Of a stretch of 49,293 nt of DNA, positions 38,245 to 46,476 are shown one piece after another. This stretch comes from a virus (taxonomy: Duplodnaviria > Caudoviricetes), in the IMG/VR virus record IMGVR_UViG_3300050194_000052, positions 1 through 49,293 of that record; one strand, given 5' to 3'. A program made the translations under genes and the position numbers. Each line of letters begins with the position of its first letter. Position 1 is the stretch's first letter. The notes beneath the pieces are model-generated. The model saw only the letters and a program-made list of their open reading frames with translations. It was not told the origin of the DNA and did not search any database.

Positions 38245-38439
38245 ATGAGTATCCTACTCGTTGTTTTTACTGCGGTTCTTGTAATCGCGTTTCTATATCT
38301 GATTGTGTTCGCGATTCCTTGTCATCGTTATCAGAAGTCTGAGGGTAACGTCTTTGAATCCCTATTTTACCCGCTTTGCGGTTTAATAATGGCCCACATC
38401 GTTGGGCAAACTTTATTACTGGCAACGACCCTTCTCTAG
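38245..38439 (+). CDS. Small two-TM membrane protein
   Basis: 64 aa, two hydrophobic segments, AAAGGG RBS. Confidence 0.65.
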   Translation: MSILLVVFTAVLVIAFLYLIVFAIPCHRYQKSEGNVFESLFYPLCGLIMAHIVGQTLLLATTLL

Positions 38440-38449
38440 GGTAGTGCCT

Positions 38450-38484
38450 AAAACACCCCAAACCAAACGGTTTGGGGTGTTTTT
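38450..38484 (+). terminator. Terminator-like hairpin
   Basis: AAAACACCCCAAACC-aaac-GGTTTGGGGTGTTTTT. Confidence 0.65.
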
Positions 38485-38542
38485 GTTTAAAAACCGATAA
38501 GATTCTTGGGATCTTATCAGTTTTTAAACAAGTCCAAAGGAC

Positions 38543-38734
38543 ATGATGATGGCGATCTTTATATTCGGGCTGCTGTACAGCCTGATCCCCCTTTTTTGCG
38601 GCCTAGCCTATACAGGCTACGCCATCGAGAAAAGCACCAAACAATTGACATTCTCGATTATTTGGCTAATCCTCGCCTTCGGGCTAGGGCTGTGCCTAAA
38701 CTTCCTATCGGCTACTTACTTCGCGCATAACTAA
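38543..38734 (+). CDS. Small two-TM membrane protein
   Basis: 63 aa, two hydrophobic segments, AAAGGA RBS. Confidence 0.65.
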   Translation: MMMAIFIFGLLYSLIPLFCGLAYTGYAIEKSTKQLTFSIIWLILAFGLGLCLNFLSATYFAHN

Positions 38735-38798
38735 GCGCGAAGTAAGTAGCACCCCAACTCTGACCCCAAACCTTAACCCCTCCTGTTAGGAGTGTTCT

Positions 38799-38984
38799 AT
38801 GTTTAACACAGATCTATTTCAGGCTTCTCGTAAATCTGAAAAGGCCACGCGGCTGGCTGAATATGCCGCGATGGTCGAACTGGTACTGGGGGAAGTTCAC
38901 CCCGCCCAGTTCACAGAGCTTCCACCTTCACCTCGCGAGATCGAGGTGAAGGCCACTATGTTAGGGGTTCGTGTTTACCCCTAA
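38799..38984 (+). CDS. Hypothetical protein, 61 aa
   Basis: AGGAG RBS 6 nt upstream. Confidence 0.7.
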   Translation: MFNTDLFQASRKSEKATRLAEYAAMVELVLGEVHPAQFTELPPSPREIEVKATMLGVRVYP

Positions 38985-39026
38985 CCCAAACCCAAACCTT
39001 GACCAATTGTCCTAGGAGGACTTGTA

Positions 39027-39479
39027 ATGCGCCAAATTCTGAACCTCACCCAACACAACCCAACACCTGAGCAATTTGCTCAGGGTGTTGTAGACCTTTC
39101 ACCAGAAGATCGTGAGCTTCTTATCCGTAAACTCAACTTCAAGGAGTTGCCAAATCGCAACACTTTGGAATTGAGCGCGGGAACAATCGCGCATCTTGCA
39201 CGCAAGTTTTTCTCTACCCGCGAAAACTTCACCAAAGCGGGGGTCGATTACGACCGTTTCGGTGAGTCACCTGCACACCAAAGTTTCGTACTTAATATCT
39301 GCCAATGCACCGTTTTAATCGGTGGTGCACCGTTTTTTGATAATCACTTGCGGGAGGCATTGACCCAAGAAAACCTTACGATTGTCTATTCATTTTCTCA
39401 ACGCGTAAGCGTTGAGACGCAGCTACCGGATGGTAGCGTGGAGAAAAAGCTGATATTCAAACACATAGACTTCGTGTAA
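39027..39479 (+). CDS. Csx20-like small Rossmann-type protein (candidate ring nuclease)
   Basis: AGGAGG RBS. ILNLTQH..TPEQ and VLIGG...VYSFSQRVSVE.QLPDGSVEKKLIFKHIDF resemble the Csx20 pattern as I recall it. Confidence 0.5.
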   Translation: MRQILNLTQHNPTPEQFAQGVVDLSPEDRELLIRKLNFKELPNRNTLELSAGTIAHLARKFFSTRENFTKAGVDYDRFGESPAHQSFVLNICQCTVLIGGAPFFDNHLREALTQENLTIVYSFSQRVSVETQLPDGSVEKKLIFKHIDFV

Positions 39480-39575
39480 GTCTATGTGTCACACCTGATC
39501 AAGTGTCTAAACTGATCAATAAACCAAAGGGTATCTGAGGATATTCTTTGGTTTATTTAACTGGAGCAAAAGCTC

Positions 39576-39986
39576 ATGAGTAAAATGGCAGGGGTCACTG
39601 ACGACCCCCACTCCTCACCAGCGCAGGACTCCCCTGTAAAAATGTACGGGGAGTTCATATTCGCCAAGGGTACGGCGGGTCGTACCCTTGGTCGTTTTAT
39701 TGAGGTGGCGGTTGCGGATGATGGTGAGGCCGTAATCGCTACCGACAATGGTCGCACCTTCTTCTATCGTGCAGATATGCACGAAGAAATTGAGCAAGAT
39801 TTTGCCCTTGTGGCAATGGCTTGCTACTTGGGTGATGTGCCTTTCACCACCAGCTATGAAAAGCTGGTGGAAGTAGCTGAGGACATCGTGAAGTCCCGTA
39901 TGGGGGACTTCCAATACTTTAGCCGATCCGTAGGTCTGGATGAATATCCAGATCTACTGGAGGCGGTCATTGATCGCCTCTCCTAA
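39576..39986 (+). CDS. Acidic hypothetical protein, 136 aa
   Basis: GGAG RBS. Confidence 0.7.
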   Translation: MSKMAGVTDDPHSSPAQDSPVKMYGEFIFAKGTAGRTLGRFIEVAVADDGEAVIATDNGRTFFYRADMHEEIEQDFALVAMACYLGDVPFTTSYEKLVEVAEDIVKSRMGDFQYFSRSVGLDEYPDLLEAVIDRLS

Positions 39987-40044
39987 CCCCCACTTGTTCT
40001 TGTTTTTATTTATTAGCTTCGCCAAATCCCTAGGAGGGAAGATT

Positions 40045-40197
40045 ATGCTAAACGATATGTTGATTAAAGCAGGTGCTAATCTAGCACCTGTAAACAAAAC
40101 CAAGACTCGTGGTGAATTAGCGATTGAGGCTCGCCTCAATCGTCCAGACCCCAAAGTGGGTCTAGCTTTAGCGGAGATCTTCAAGCCGCTAAAGTAA
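40045..40197 (+). CDS. Hypothetical protein, 50 aa
   Basis: AGGAGG RBS before MLNDMLIK. Confidence 0.65.
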   Translation: MLNDMLIKAGANLAPVNKTKTRGELAIEARLNRPDPKVGLALAEIFKPLK

Positions 40198-40206
40198 CCC
40201 TTAACC

Positions 40207-40241
40207 AGACCCCAACCAATTCCGGTTTGGGGTCTTTTTTT
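40207..40241 (+). terminator. Intrinsic terminator
   Basis: AGACCCCAACC...GGTTTGGGGTC followed by T7. Confidence 0.75.
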
Positions 40242-40264
40242 CACCATGTAAAGGAGCAAAGCTC

Positions 40265-40471
40265 ATGATTATTATTCGAGTCGGCAAGTCTGCCGTCCAG
40301 ATCCACCAAGAAGGGCCAATGTTCCACGTGGAACAAACTTCCTTTTACTTAATGCGTGCCGCGAGGCGGCACGCATTCTTTCTAGCACAACGTAAGGAGG
40401 CCCAACGGGTCTCCTTGCAAAATGCTGCAACCCGCACGAAAGCGGGTTTGTGGAACATTCCTGACAAATAG
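40265..40471 (+). CDS. Basic hypothetical protein, 68 aa
   Basis: AAGGAG RBS; Arg-rich middle segment. Confidence 0.65.
   Translation: MIIIRVGKSAVQIHQEGPMFHVEQTSFYLMRAARRHAFFLAQRKEAQRVSLQNAATRTKAGLWNIPDK
40320..40335. promoter_or_regulatory. parS: parS site (perfect)
   Basis: TGTTCCACGTGGAACA matches the chromosomal parS palindrome. Confidence 0.8.
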
Positions 40472-40474
40472 AAA

Positions 40475-40490
40475 TGTTCCACGTGGAACG
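40475..40490. promoter_or_regulatory. parS: parS site (15/16)
   Basis: TGTTCCACGTGGAACG with an overlapping half-site CGTGGAACA to 40497. Confidence 0.75.
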
Positions 40491-40508
40491 TGGAACATGA
40501 ACATAAGA

Positions 40509-40600
40509 TGTAAAACAGGGGACGCTTCGCGTCCCCTGTTTTACAGGTTCACAAACACAAAAAGGCCCAGATGTCAAATCTTGGGTCTTTTTGTGTTTGT
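40509..40600. terminator. Two tandem long hairpins closing the module
   Basis: 17-bp perfect TGTAAAACAGGGGACGC/GCGTCCCCTGTTTTACA (40509-40545) and a ~20-bp stem at 40551-40600. Confidence 0.65.
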
Positions 40601-41625
40601 CAATCCCCGACAGGTTCTAGACTACCTGTCAATAGGGTAAAAATCCGTTAGTTTAAAATTTGAACAATATATGTTTTAAAATAATGGTGTTTAAACTGAT
40701 TGATCAAAATTTAAACTAAATGGGCAAAAATGGGCTTTTTTGAGGCCGGAGAGCGGGAAATAGGAAAAATTAAGGGAAAATTGAGGGCTAAATCGCTCTG
40801 TAACGGGTCAAGGCTGGCCGATCTGAGTCTGGATGGTACGTTCGTACCAGATAGGGGACGAAAACCTCGCTATGAGGCTCTACGGGCCAAAATGGGGTCA
40901 AGGCGTGTGCGTGTCATGTCCGCGCACGCATTTACCAGAGTGTGTGACCTGCTGTCAAGCACTTTTTGGGTTCGCTTTTTTCAGTTAGGATTTTATATAT
41001 GCTTTTGTATTAGTAAAAAAATAGGGGGGTAAAAAAAAAACCTAAATGAACGGATTAGAAAAACAAAACCGAAAAATCCGAACCCAACTTTTTCTTTACT
41101 TTTCTCCCCTCTTATGGTAAAAGCTCGTTTTCGTATATTTTATGTAAAAAACAACAACTTTCGTATCCCCTCAACTTGCCACCAAGTCAAAAACTATTGA
41201 CACTGGATCTCCCACTTGATCTAGAAAAAATTGTTGTGTTGTCTTTATGTACCCCCTATTGACAACCCCTCTTTCACTTGATCAAGCCGTTTTTTTCATT
41301 CACTTAGGCTAAACGACACATGGCACGTTTTCTGCATGGCAAAAAATCGCAAATTTTAGTTGATCAGTGTTTTGACTCCCATCGACGCTGGTTAGCCAAA
41401 AACGGTCATTTTTTGACCAATTTCGACCCCTGCCATTTTTTCTCTGCGGAGACTTTGGCGCGATTCTATGCGTCCTTGGATGCTGACCCATTTACTGCAA
41501 CCCCAAGTGGACATTATAAAATCCCACACAAAATCATTATAAATAATTTTCCCAAGATTATTTTAATAGATCACAAGATATTAAATATAATAAAAGCACC
41601 CCAACAAAAAAAAGATAGCCTCTCG

Positions 41626-41913
41626 ATGTACACAAGGATCTCTGACCTAAACACCAGAGACCCAAACCGACTAACATATGTGGGCAAACTCGATTCACAT
41701 ACCTTGCAAACACCAGAGCAATTCCATGCTTTCTATCTGAAGGAAGTGTGGGAAAAACATGTCTACCCGATGTACTATGGTAGACCCGAATGGGCTGTGC
41801 TTTTTGGTTTGTGCCCTTCGCTTTACGCTTCGCTTCCTAACCCTCACCCTCACCCTCAACCGATCCCTAAACCTATTGCGTTCAGGGATCTTTTTCCGCT
41901 TCACCCAACCTAA
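41626..41913 (+). CDS. Hypothetical protein (start uncertain)
   Basis: 3' part of track ORF 41320..41913; the upstream part is AT-rich and promoter-like. Confidence 0.4.
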   Translation: MYTRISDLNTRDPNRLTYVGKLDSHTLQTPEQFHAFYLKEVWEKHVYPMYYGRPEWAVLFGLCPSLYASLPNPHPHPQPIPKPIAFRDLFPLHPT

Positions 41914-41936
41914 CCTAACCCCCAAGGAAAATCCTC

Positions 41937-42509
41937 ATGAGCAACACCACAATGCGTAATATCACAATGCGTAACCCTATCCCAATGCACGTCATGTCCG
42001 CTGCATTGGCAGGTGCAATTCAACATGGTCGGGAAAACCCGACCCATAAGATCTGCTTTGCAGAGGTCTGGCTTCCAGACTTCTCGCTTGATTCCGCTTC
42101 CGCTTCCGCTAACTCTTCACCTCTCACCCCCGCCATCGTATCAATCCTGTGTAACCGTGACCTCTGCCGTATCTACGAGGCAGGTGCGTCATGTCGTTTA
42201 TTACACAAGCCTTCTTCTAAACTTAAAGAGGGGGAAGGGGAAGGCGAATACTACTTCCGAGTAGTATTGTGTAATCCTAGCTTCAATGCCATTCCGTTGC
42301 CTGTGGTACGGATCTCTCCCAAGTTCGTGGTTGTGGTAGACGGTGAACTCCGCACCACCCTTGGATCTAAAACTGAGGTCTTAAACTACCTATCCTACGC
42401 TGGATTTTTTGACCACCTCCCGCCATTCAAACGTCTAATGGCAGACCCTTCCCTATATTGCGGGAACATTAAGTGGCACATTGAAGATCAACAGGAGTTT
42501 TCAAAATGA
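41937..42509 (+). CDS. Hypothetical protein, 190 aa
   Basis: AAGGA RBS; ATGA coupling to the next gene. Confidence 0.75.
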   Translation: MSNTTMRNITMRNPIPMHVMSAALAGAIQHGRENPTHKICFAEVWLPDFSLDSASASANSSPLTPAIVSILCNRDLCRIYEAGASCRLLHKPSSKLKEGEGEGEYYFRVVLCNPSFNAIPLPVVRISPKFVVVVDGELRTTLGSKTEVLNYLSYAGFFDHLPPFKRLMADPSLYCGNIKWHIEDQQEFSK

Positions 42510-42760
42510 GACTGGGCCGTAACATCGAGATCACATTTGATCTCTTAACTTGGTATGACAACTTACCAGACATGGCAAAACCTCAATTCCATGAGGTTTG
42601 GGGGCGTTTGTCCTTATCCCACTCAAGCGCGTCGGTTAAGGTGTCATGCCTTGACCCCCTCTCGATTTGGTTCGAGTTTCAAGAGGAAGGGATTCTAGTC
42701 CCCCTGTGTTGGAACAAAGTAACCAAGTCTTGGTTGGAGGAATCGGAGGAATCAGAATGA
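42506..42760 (+). CDS. Hypothetical protein, 84 aa
   Basis: AGGAG RBS; ATGA overlaps at both ends. Confidence 0.7.
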   Translation: MRLGRNIEITFDLLTWYDNLPDMAKPQFHEVWGRLSLSHSSASVKVSCLDPLSIWFEFQEEGILVPLCWNKVTKSWLEESEESE

Positions 42761-43059
42761 CCACTCTGCACCCAATGGTTCAACAAGTGGAGGCTGGTAT
42801 TCGCACTGCGGGTCTCAGTCCTACGCCAAAACTCATGCTTCAACTTCTGAAGCTACGCCTTCATCCCACCCCGAATCAACGGTATAAGCAGCCGAAAATT
42901 CAAGAGGTGATTGAGGTCTTAAATTCTCTCAACGAATGGTATGAGTTGTCTGGCCCATACCTCAATGGTACTCAGTTGTACACAGTCGGGGAATTTGAGC
43001 GGGAGGTTGAAGCGACTGCGTTTAGTCTTTTTAACCTTGAGCCTTTCCCTTCAACCTAA
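42757..43059 (+). CDS. Hypothetical protein, 100 aa
   Basis: GGAGG RBS before MTTLHP. Confidence 0.7.
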   Translation: MTTLHPMVQQVEAGIRTAGLSPTPKLMLQLLKLRLHPTPNQRYKQPKIQEVIEVLNSLNEWYELSGPYLNGTQLYTVGEFEREVEATAFSLFNLEPFPST

Positions 43060-43095
43060 CCCCAACCCCAACCCCAACCTACTAGGAAAATCCTC

Positions 43096-43848
43096 ATGAG
43101 CAATATGTCTACTATCATTACTACTTTCGTAAAGAGTAATGCCGCGATCCGCCCACATTTCTTTCTAACTGGCCCTACGGGTTCAGGAAAGACTCACGCT
43201 GTTTTAAGCACTTGTGAGATGCTTAGTGTGAAAGTGATCACAATCAACGCGGCAGCCTTAACCAAGGAAGGTGTGTCTGGTTGTTCTTTAAGTCGATCAC
43301 TTGGCCCTCTGTTAAATAGTGGGGGTAAACCTACCGTCTGCCTCGTAGATGAATTCGATAAACTATTTATCAACGGGGACAATGAGTCCAGTCTTATGAC
43401 TTCTCAGGGTGTACAGGATGAATTTCTCAAGGCTGTAGAGGGACTGGCTACCGCAGCTCTTGACTACGGTAAATTTGCGAATGTAGATACCACCAAAGTA
43501 TTATTCATCTTTGCGGGAGCATTTGGGGGTCGTGAATTCAGTAACACAGAGGAGATGCTAGACCTCGGAATCCGTATTGAATTCATAGGTCGTGTGCCTT
43601 TGTTGGTAGCCTTACCTATGGTGACTCTTGAAAGCCTTCAAGGTATGTTAAAAAAGTCACCTCTTCTTGCTGATTATTTGAGCTACTCAAAGTATGAAAA
43701 AACAAAAGTTCTCAAAGATCTTAACCAACGGTTGATTGAGGTATTTAGCACGAATTCAATTGGTGCTCGTATTGTGAACAGTCTCATTCACCAATACTTC
43801 ATTGAGAAACTTGAGATTAAAGGTCTGCGTTCTAGCTCACACCATTAA
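43096..43848 (+). CDS. ClpX/HslU-clade AAA+ ATPase, truncated form
   Basis: GPTGSGKT, LVDEFDKL, GVQDEFLK, VDT..VLFIFAGAF, EFIGRVP and GAR. Confidence 0.85.
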   Translation: MSNMSTIITTFVKSNAAIRPHFFLTGPTGSGKTHAVLSTCEMLSVKVITINAAALTKEGVSGCSLSRSLGPLLNSGGKPTVCLVDEFDKLFINGDNESSLMTSQGVQDEFLKAVEGLATAALDYGKFANVDTTKVLFIFAGAFGGREFSNTEEMLDLGIRIEFIGRVPLLVALPMVTLESLQGMLKKSPLLADYLSYSKYEKTKVLKDLNQRLIEVFSTNSIGARIVNSLIHQYFIEKLEIKGLRSSSHH

Positions 43849-43871
43849 CCCAACCCCAATAGGAAAATCCT

Positions 43872-44279
43872 ATGACAACCCCCTCACCCTCTTCACCCCC
43901 CTCACACCTTGAGCTGTTAAAAGCCCTCACGTCTGTGAAAACACAAATGGGGGATTCCTCCATTTGTCAACAGGTTCGTGCTTACCTGTATGATCCAAGT
44001 AAGCCAATCGAATTCCGCTCTATTCAATCCAATCTTGCTGTCAAGCAAATGGAAGAGTTGTGGGTACGCTGGCCTGAATACTCTGGTAATCTGGTATATC
44101 CTGTTCCCTCACCTACCCCCCAAAACCCTACCCCAAAACCCTACGCTGCAAAAGATGCGTATATGCAGCTACACCATTGGATTGGTGAGTATGGTGAAAG
44201 CCGTAAACGCTTACTCACATGGTTAATCCATGAGGTTTCTAAAATTGTCCTACTGGAGACCCAAAATGCGCATGTCTGA
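43872..44279 (+). CDS. WPExSG-domain protein, paralog 1
   Basis: SIC...WPEYSGNLVYPVP...WIGEYGESRKRLL. Confidence 0.75.
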   Translation: MTTPSPSSPPSHLELLKALTSVKTQMGDSSICQQVRAYLYDPSKPIEFRSIQSNLAVKQMEELWVRWPEYSGNLVYPVPSPTPQNPTPKPYAAKDAYMQLHHWIGEYGESRKRLLTWLIHEVSKIVLLETQNAHV

Positions 44280-44751
44280 ACAAGCCTTAGTTGCGGCCAA
44301 ACAGTTGAGTGTAAGCCCTCGTATCACGCTCCAAACCTTAATGGATCAGCCCGATATTGCCCCCTTCATGGAGCGTGTAGCACCCCCCAACCTCCAATGG
44401 TTACAGGAAAATGTACGGGATCAACTCCCCCACATCCGAACAATTGTTGAACTAAATAAGATTCTGATAGATGGACACTATCCAGAGTTTGGGATCTGTT
44501 CGGCCTTAACTTCCTCAACCATCTTCCGGTTGAAGGCTGAACAGTGGCCGGAACACTCCGGCAACTTCAACTACCCCGTCCCTCATGAGTTGGGAGCAAT
44601 AGCGGCGTATGATGCTGTTGTGGCACAACGACGTAACCCTAAAATGTGGACTGGTAGCTATGGTGAGGCTCGACTACGGTTGGCCTTTTTTGTTCGTGAC
44701 TTACTCATAAGTGAGCTACCATGGCTGGGAGAAATGTATGAGTGTCTCTAA
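44266..44751 (+). CDS. WPExSG-domain protein, paralog 2
   Basis: GIC...WPEHSGNFNYPVP...WTGSYGEARLRLA; start after GGAG. Confidence 0.75.
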   Translation: MRMSEQALVAAKQLSVSPRITLQTLMDQPDIAPFMERVAPPNLQWLQENVRDQLPHIRTIVELNKILIDGHYPEFGICSALTSSTIFRLKAEQWPEHSGNFNYPVPHELGAIAAYDAVVAQRRNPKMWTGSYGEARLRLAFFVRDLLISELPWLGEMYECL

Positions 44752-45217
44752 GGTATTAAGTATGGCCGAACAGGCCAAGGCTATCCGTAAGTGTTTACAG
44801 TGTGATGAACCTATCCCTATCTCCTTACAGCCAATGATGGATCGCTTAAAGGTTGTCGGTACGGACGTGCTGGAAGCCCCTAACATGCCAGCCATCATTC
44901 AGACGCTCATAGACCTTGAGGCCATACTTTTCCATGGGTATCGGCCAAAGTTTGGTATTTGTTCTGGTTTGCAGACTAGAATTATCTTTTGCCGAATTGC
45001 CCAAGAGTGGCCTGAGCACTCTGGGCTGTACAGCTACCCTGTAAATCACCCCGCTGGTGCTGCGTTAGGTTTTGAATTAGGGATAAAGCCCGCAGAAAGG
45101 GAAGGGTATTTTTGGGATGGCTCTTATGGTGAGGCTCGGCTACGTCTAGCAGCCTTTGTTTATGATGAATTGATTCGTCACCACCCTTGGCTAGGAGAAA
45201 CGTATGATCGCGTTTAA
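44738..45217 (+). CDS. WPExSG-domain protein, paralog 3
   Basis: GIC...WPEHSGLYSYPV...WDGSYGEARLRLA; start after GGAG. Confidence 0.75.
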   Translation: MSVSKVLSMAEQAKAIRKCLQCDEPIPISLQPMMDRLKVVGTDVLEAPNMPAIIQTLIDLEAILFHGYRPKFGICSGLQTRIIFCRIAQEWPEHSGLYSYPVNHPAGAALGFELGIKPAEREGYFWDGSYGEARLRLAAFVYDELIRHHPWLGETYDRV

Positions 45218-45536
45218 ACCCCGACCCAAAAGCCCAACCTCGTGCGTCAAGCATGAGATTCAGGTTGCTAAGCGCCAGCGACTCTCCACTAAACACTCTT
45301 TCGATGGTTGCGTAAGGATCATAGCGGCTCGTGCCACGACCCGTTATCTACATACTAACTATCCCAAAGGTGTGGTTGCTAATGAGGGTCAGGCCAAACA
45401 CTACGGTGTTGCTGTAGGTACAAGGCTGTATCCAGATCGTGAGACAAACTGTCAGCACCACGAGCGCAACCGCATCGTGGCGTTGATCCTAAACTTAACC
45501 CGTGAGTTACTACAGACCGCAGGAGAAACTCCATGA
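45204..45536 (+). CDS. Basic hypothetical protein, 110 aa
   Basis: AGGAG RBS; coupled to both neighbours. Confidence 0.7.
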   Translation: MIAFKPRPKSPTSCVKHEIQVAKRQRLSTKHSFDGCVRIIAARATTRYLHTNYPKGVVANEGQAKHYGVAVGTRLYPDRETNCQHHERNRIVALILNLTRELLQTAGETP

Positions 45537-45811
45537 GTGATCAAAAACGTATTACTGACCTCTATGCGCAGATCAAACGGGAAGAGCAGGAGCTTGCCGA
45601 ACGTCATGAAGGTTTAGTAACCAATCTGATCAATTGGTTTGGTTTGCAGGAGGGTAAGGAGTTGCAGTTTCGCTATACTCGTCCTGATCATCCATCTCAA
45701 GGTGTACCAGTTACAAAAACTGTTGCTGAGGTCTATCTAAACCAGACTGGTCTCAATATTGTGTTCAAGGATCTACATATTGTGGATTTAAACTCCATAG
45801 AGATCATTTAA
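45533..45811 (+). CDS. Hypothetical protein, 92 aa
   Basis: AGGAG RBS. Confidence 0.75.
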   Translation: MSDQKRITDLYAQIKREEQELAERHEGLVTNLINWFGLQEGKELQFRYTRPDHPSQGVPVTKTVAEVYLNQTGLNIVFKDLHIVDLNSIEII

Positions 45812-45862
45812 CCCAACCGCAACCCGTTCCATCCTTTCCCTCTTCCTCCTAGGAGAAACTCC

Positions 45863-46381
45863 ATGAGACTTATCAACAAAATATTATTCGAACTTGAAGC
45901 AATAAAGCAAAAGGGTGAAAAGAATATCCCATGCCATGGGATTTGTTGGTTAATGACAGAATCTATCCCCTCCACACTTATGGCATTGTGGCCTGAGTTT
46001 TCGGGAGATCACCTGTTCCCTGTTCCCCACCCGTTTCTAGACCCCCAAACAGCCTACAGAGATGGTGATTTATGGGTTGACGACTATGGTTCAGCTCGCC
46101 TACGTCTCTTGGATTTTTTAATCCACTTCTACAAGAATCTAAAGTATGAGACCATTACATCTGATGATTACAATGAAGCACTTTGCTGTATGCCTCCTTG
46201 CGATGAGTATGGTACTAAGTATTTTCATGTATTTCGCTTCTTAGAGAGCCAGAATGAGGATCAGGATATTTACTTCATCCGATCTAAATCAAGTACAAAT
46301 AATGGGTATTACTATAAGGTTCTTGCTCCGCCTAAAATTGATCCTGAGATTTTAATCTACTACTCCATAGTTGGCCCTTAA
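45863..46381 (+). CDS. WPExSG-domain protein, paralog 4, with extra C-terminal domain
   Basis: GIC...WPEFSGDHLFPVP...WVDDYGSARLRLL, then ITSDDYNEALCCMPP. Confidence 0.75.
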   Translation: MRLINKILFELEAIKQKGEKNIPCHGICWLMTESIPSTLMALWPEFSGDHLFPVPHPFLDPQTAYRDGDLWVDDYGSARLRLLDFLIHFYKNLKYETITSDDYNEALCCMPPCDEYGTKYFHVFRFLESQNEDQDIYFIRSKSSTNNGYYYKVLAPPKIDPEILIYYSIVGP

Positions 46382-46392
46382 TCAACCACCGC

Positions 46393-46455
46393 AACCTTTT
46401 CCCATTCCACCAACTGTAACCTTTTCCCATTCCACCAACTGTAACCTTTTCCCAT
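46393..46455. repeat. 25-bp tandem repeat, 2.5 copies
   Basis: AACCTTTTCCCATTCCACCAACTGT at 46393 and 46418, partial at 46443. Confidence 0.9.
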
Positions 46456-46476
46456 CGTCCTCCTAGGAGAAACTCC

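Noticed and set aside
40730-41032. 100-aa ORF in the palindromic block
   Set aside because: No RBS and low-complexity tracts; likely spurious.
46393-46455. CRISPR mini-array
   Set aside because: Copies are directly adjacent with no spacers, and no cas genes are present.
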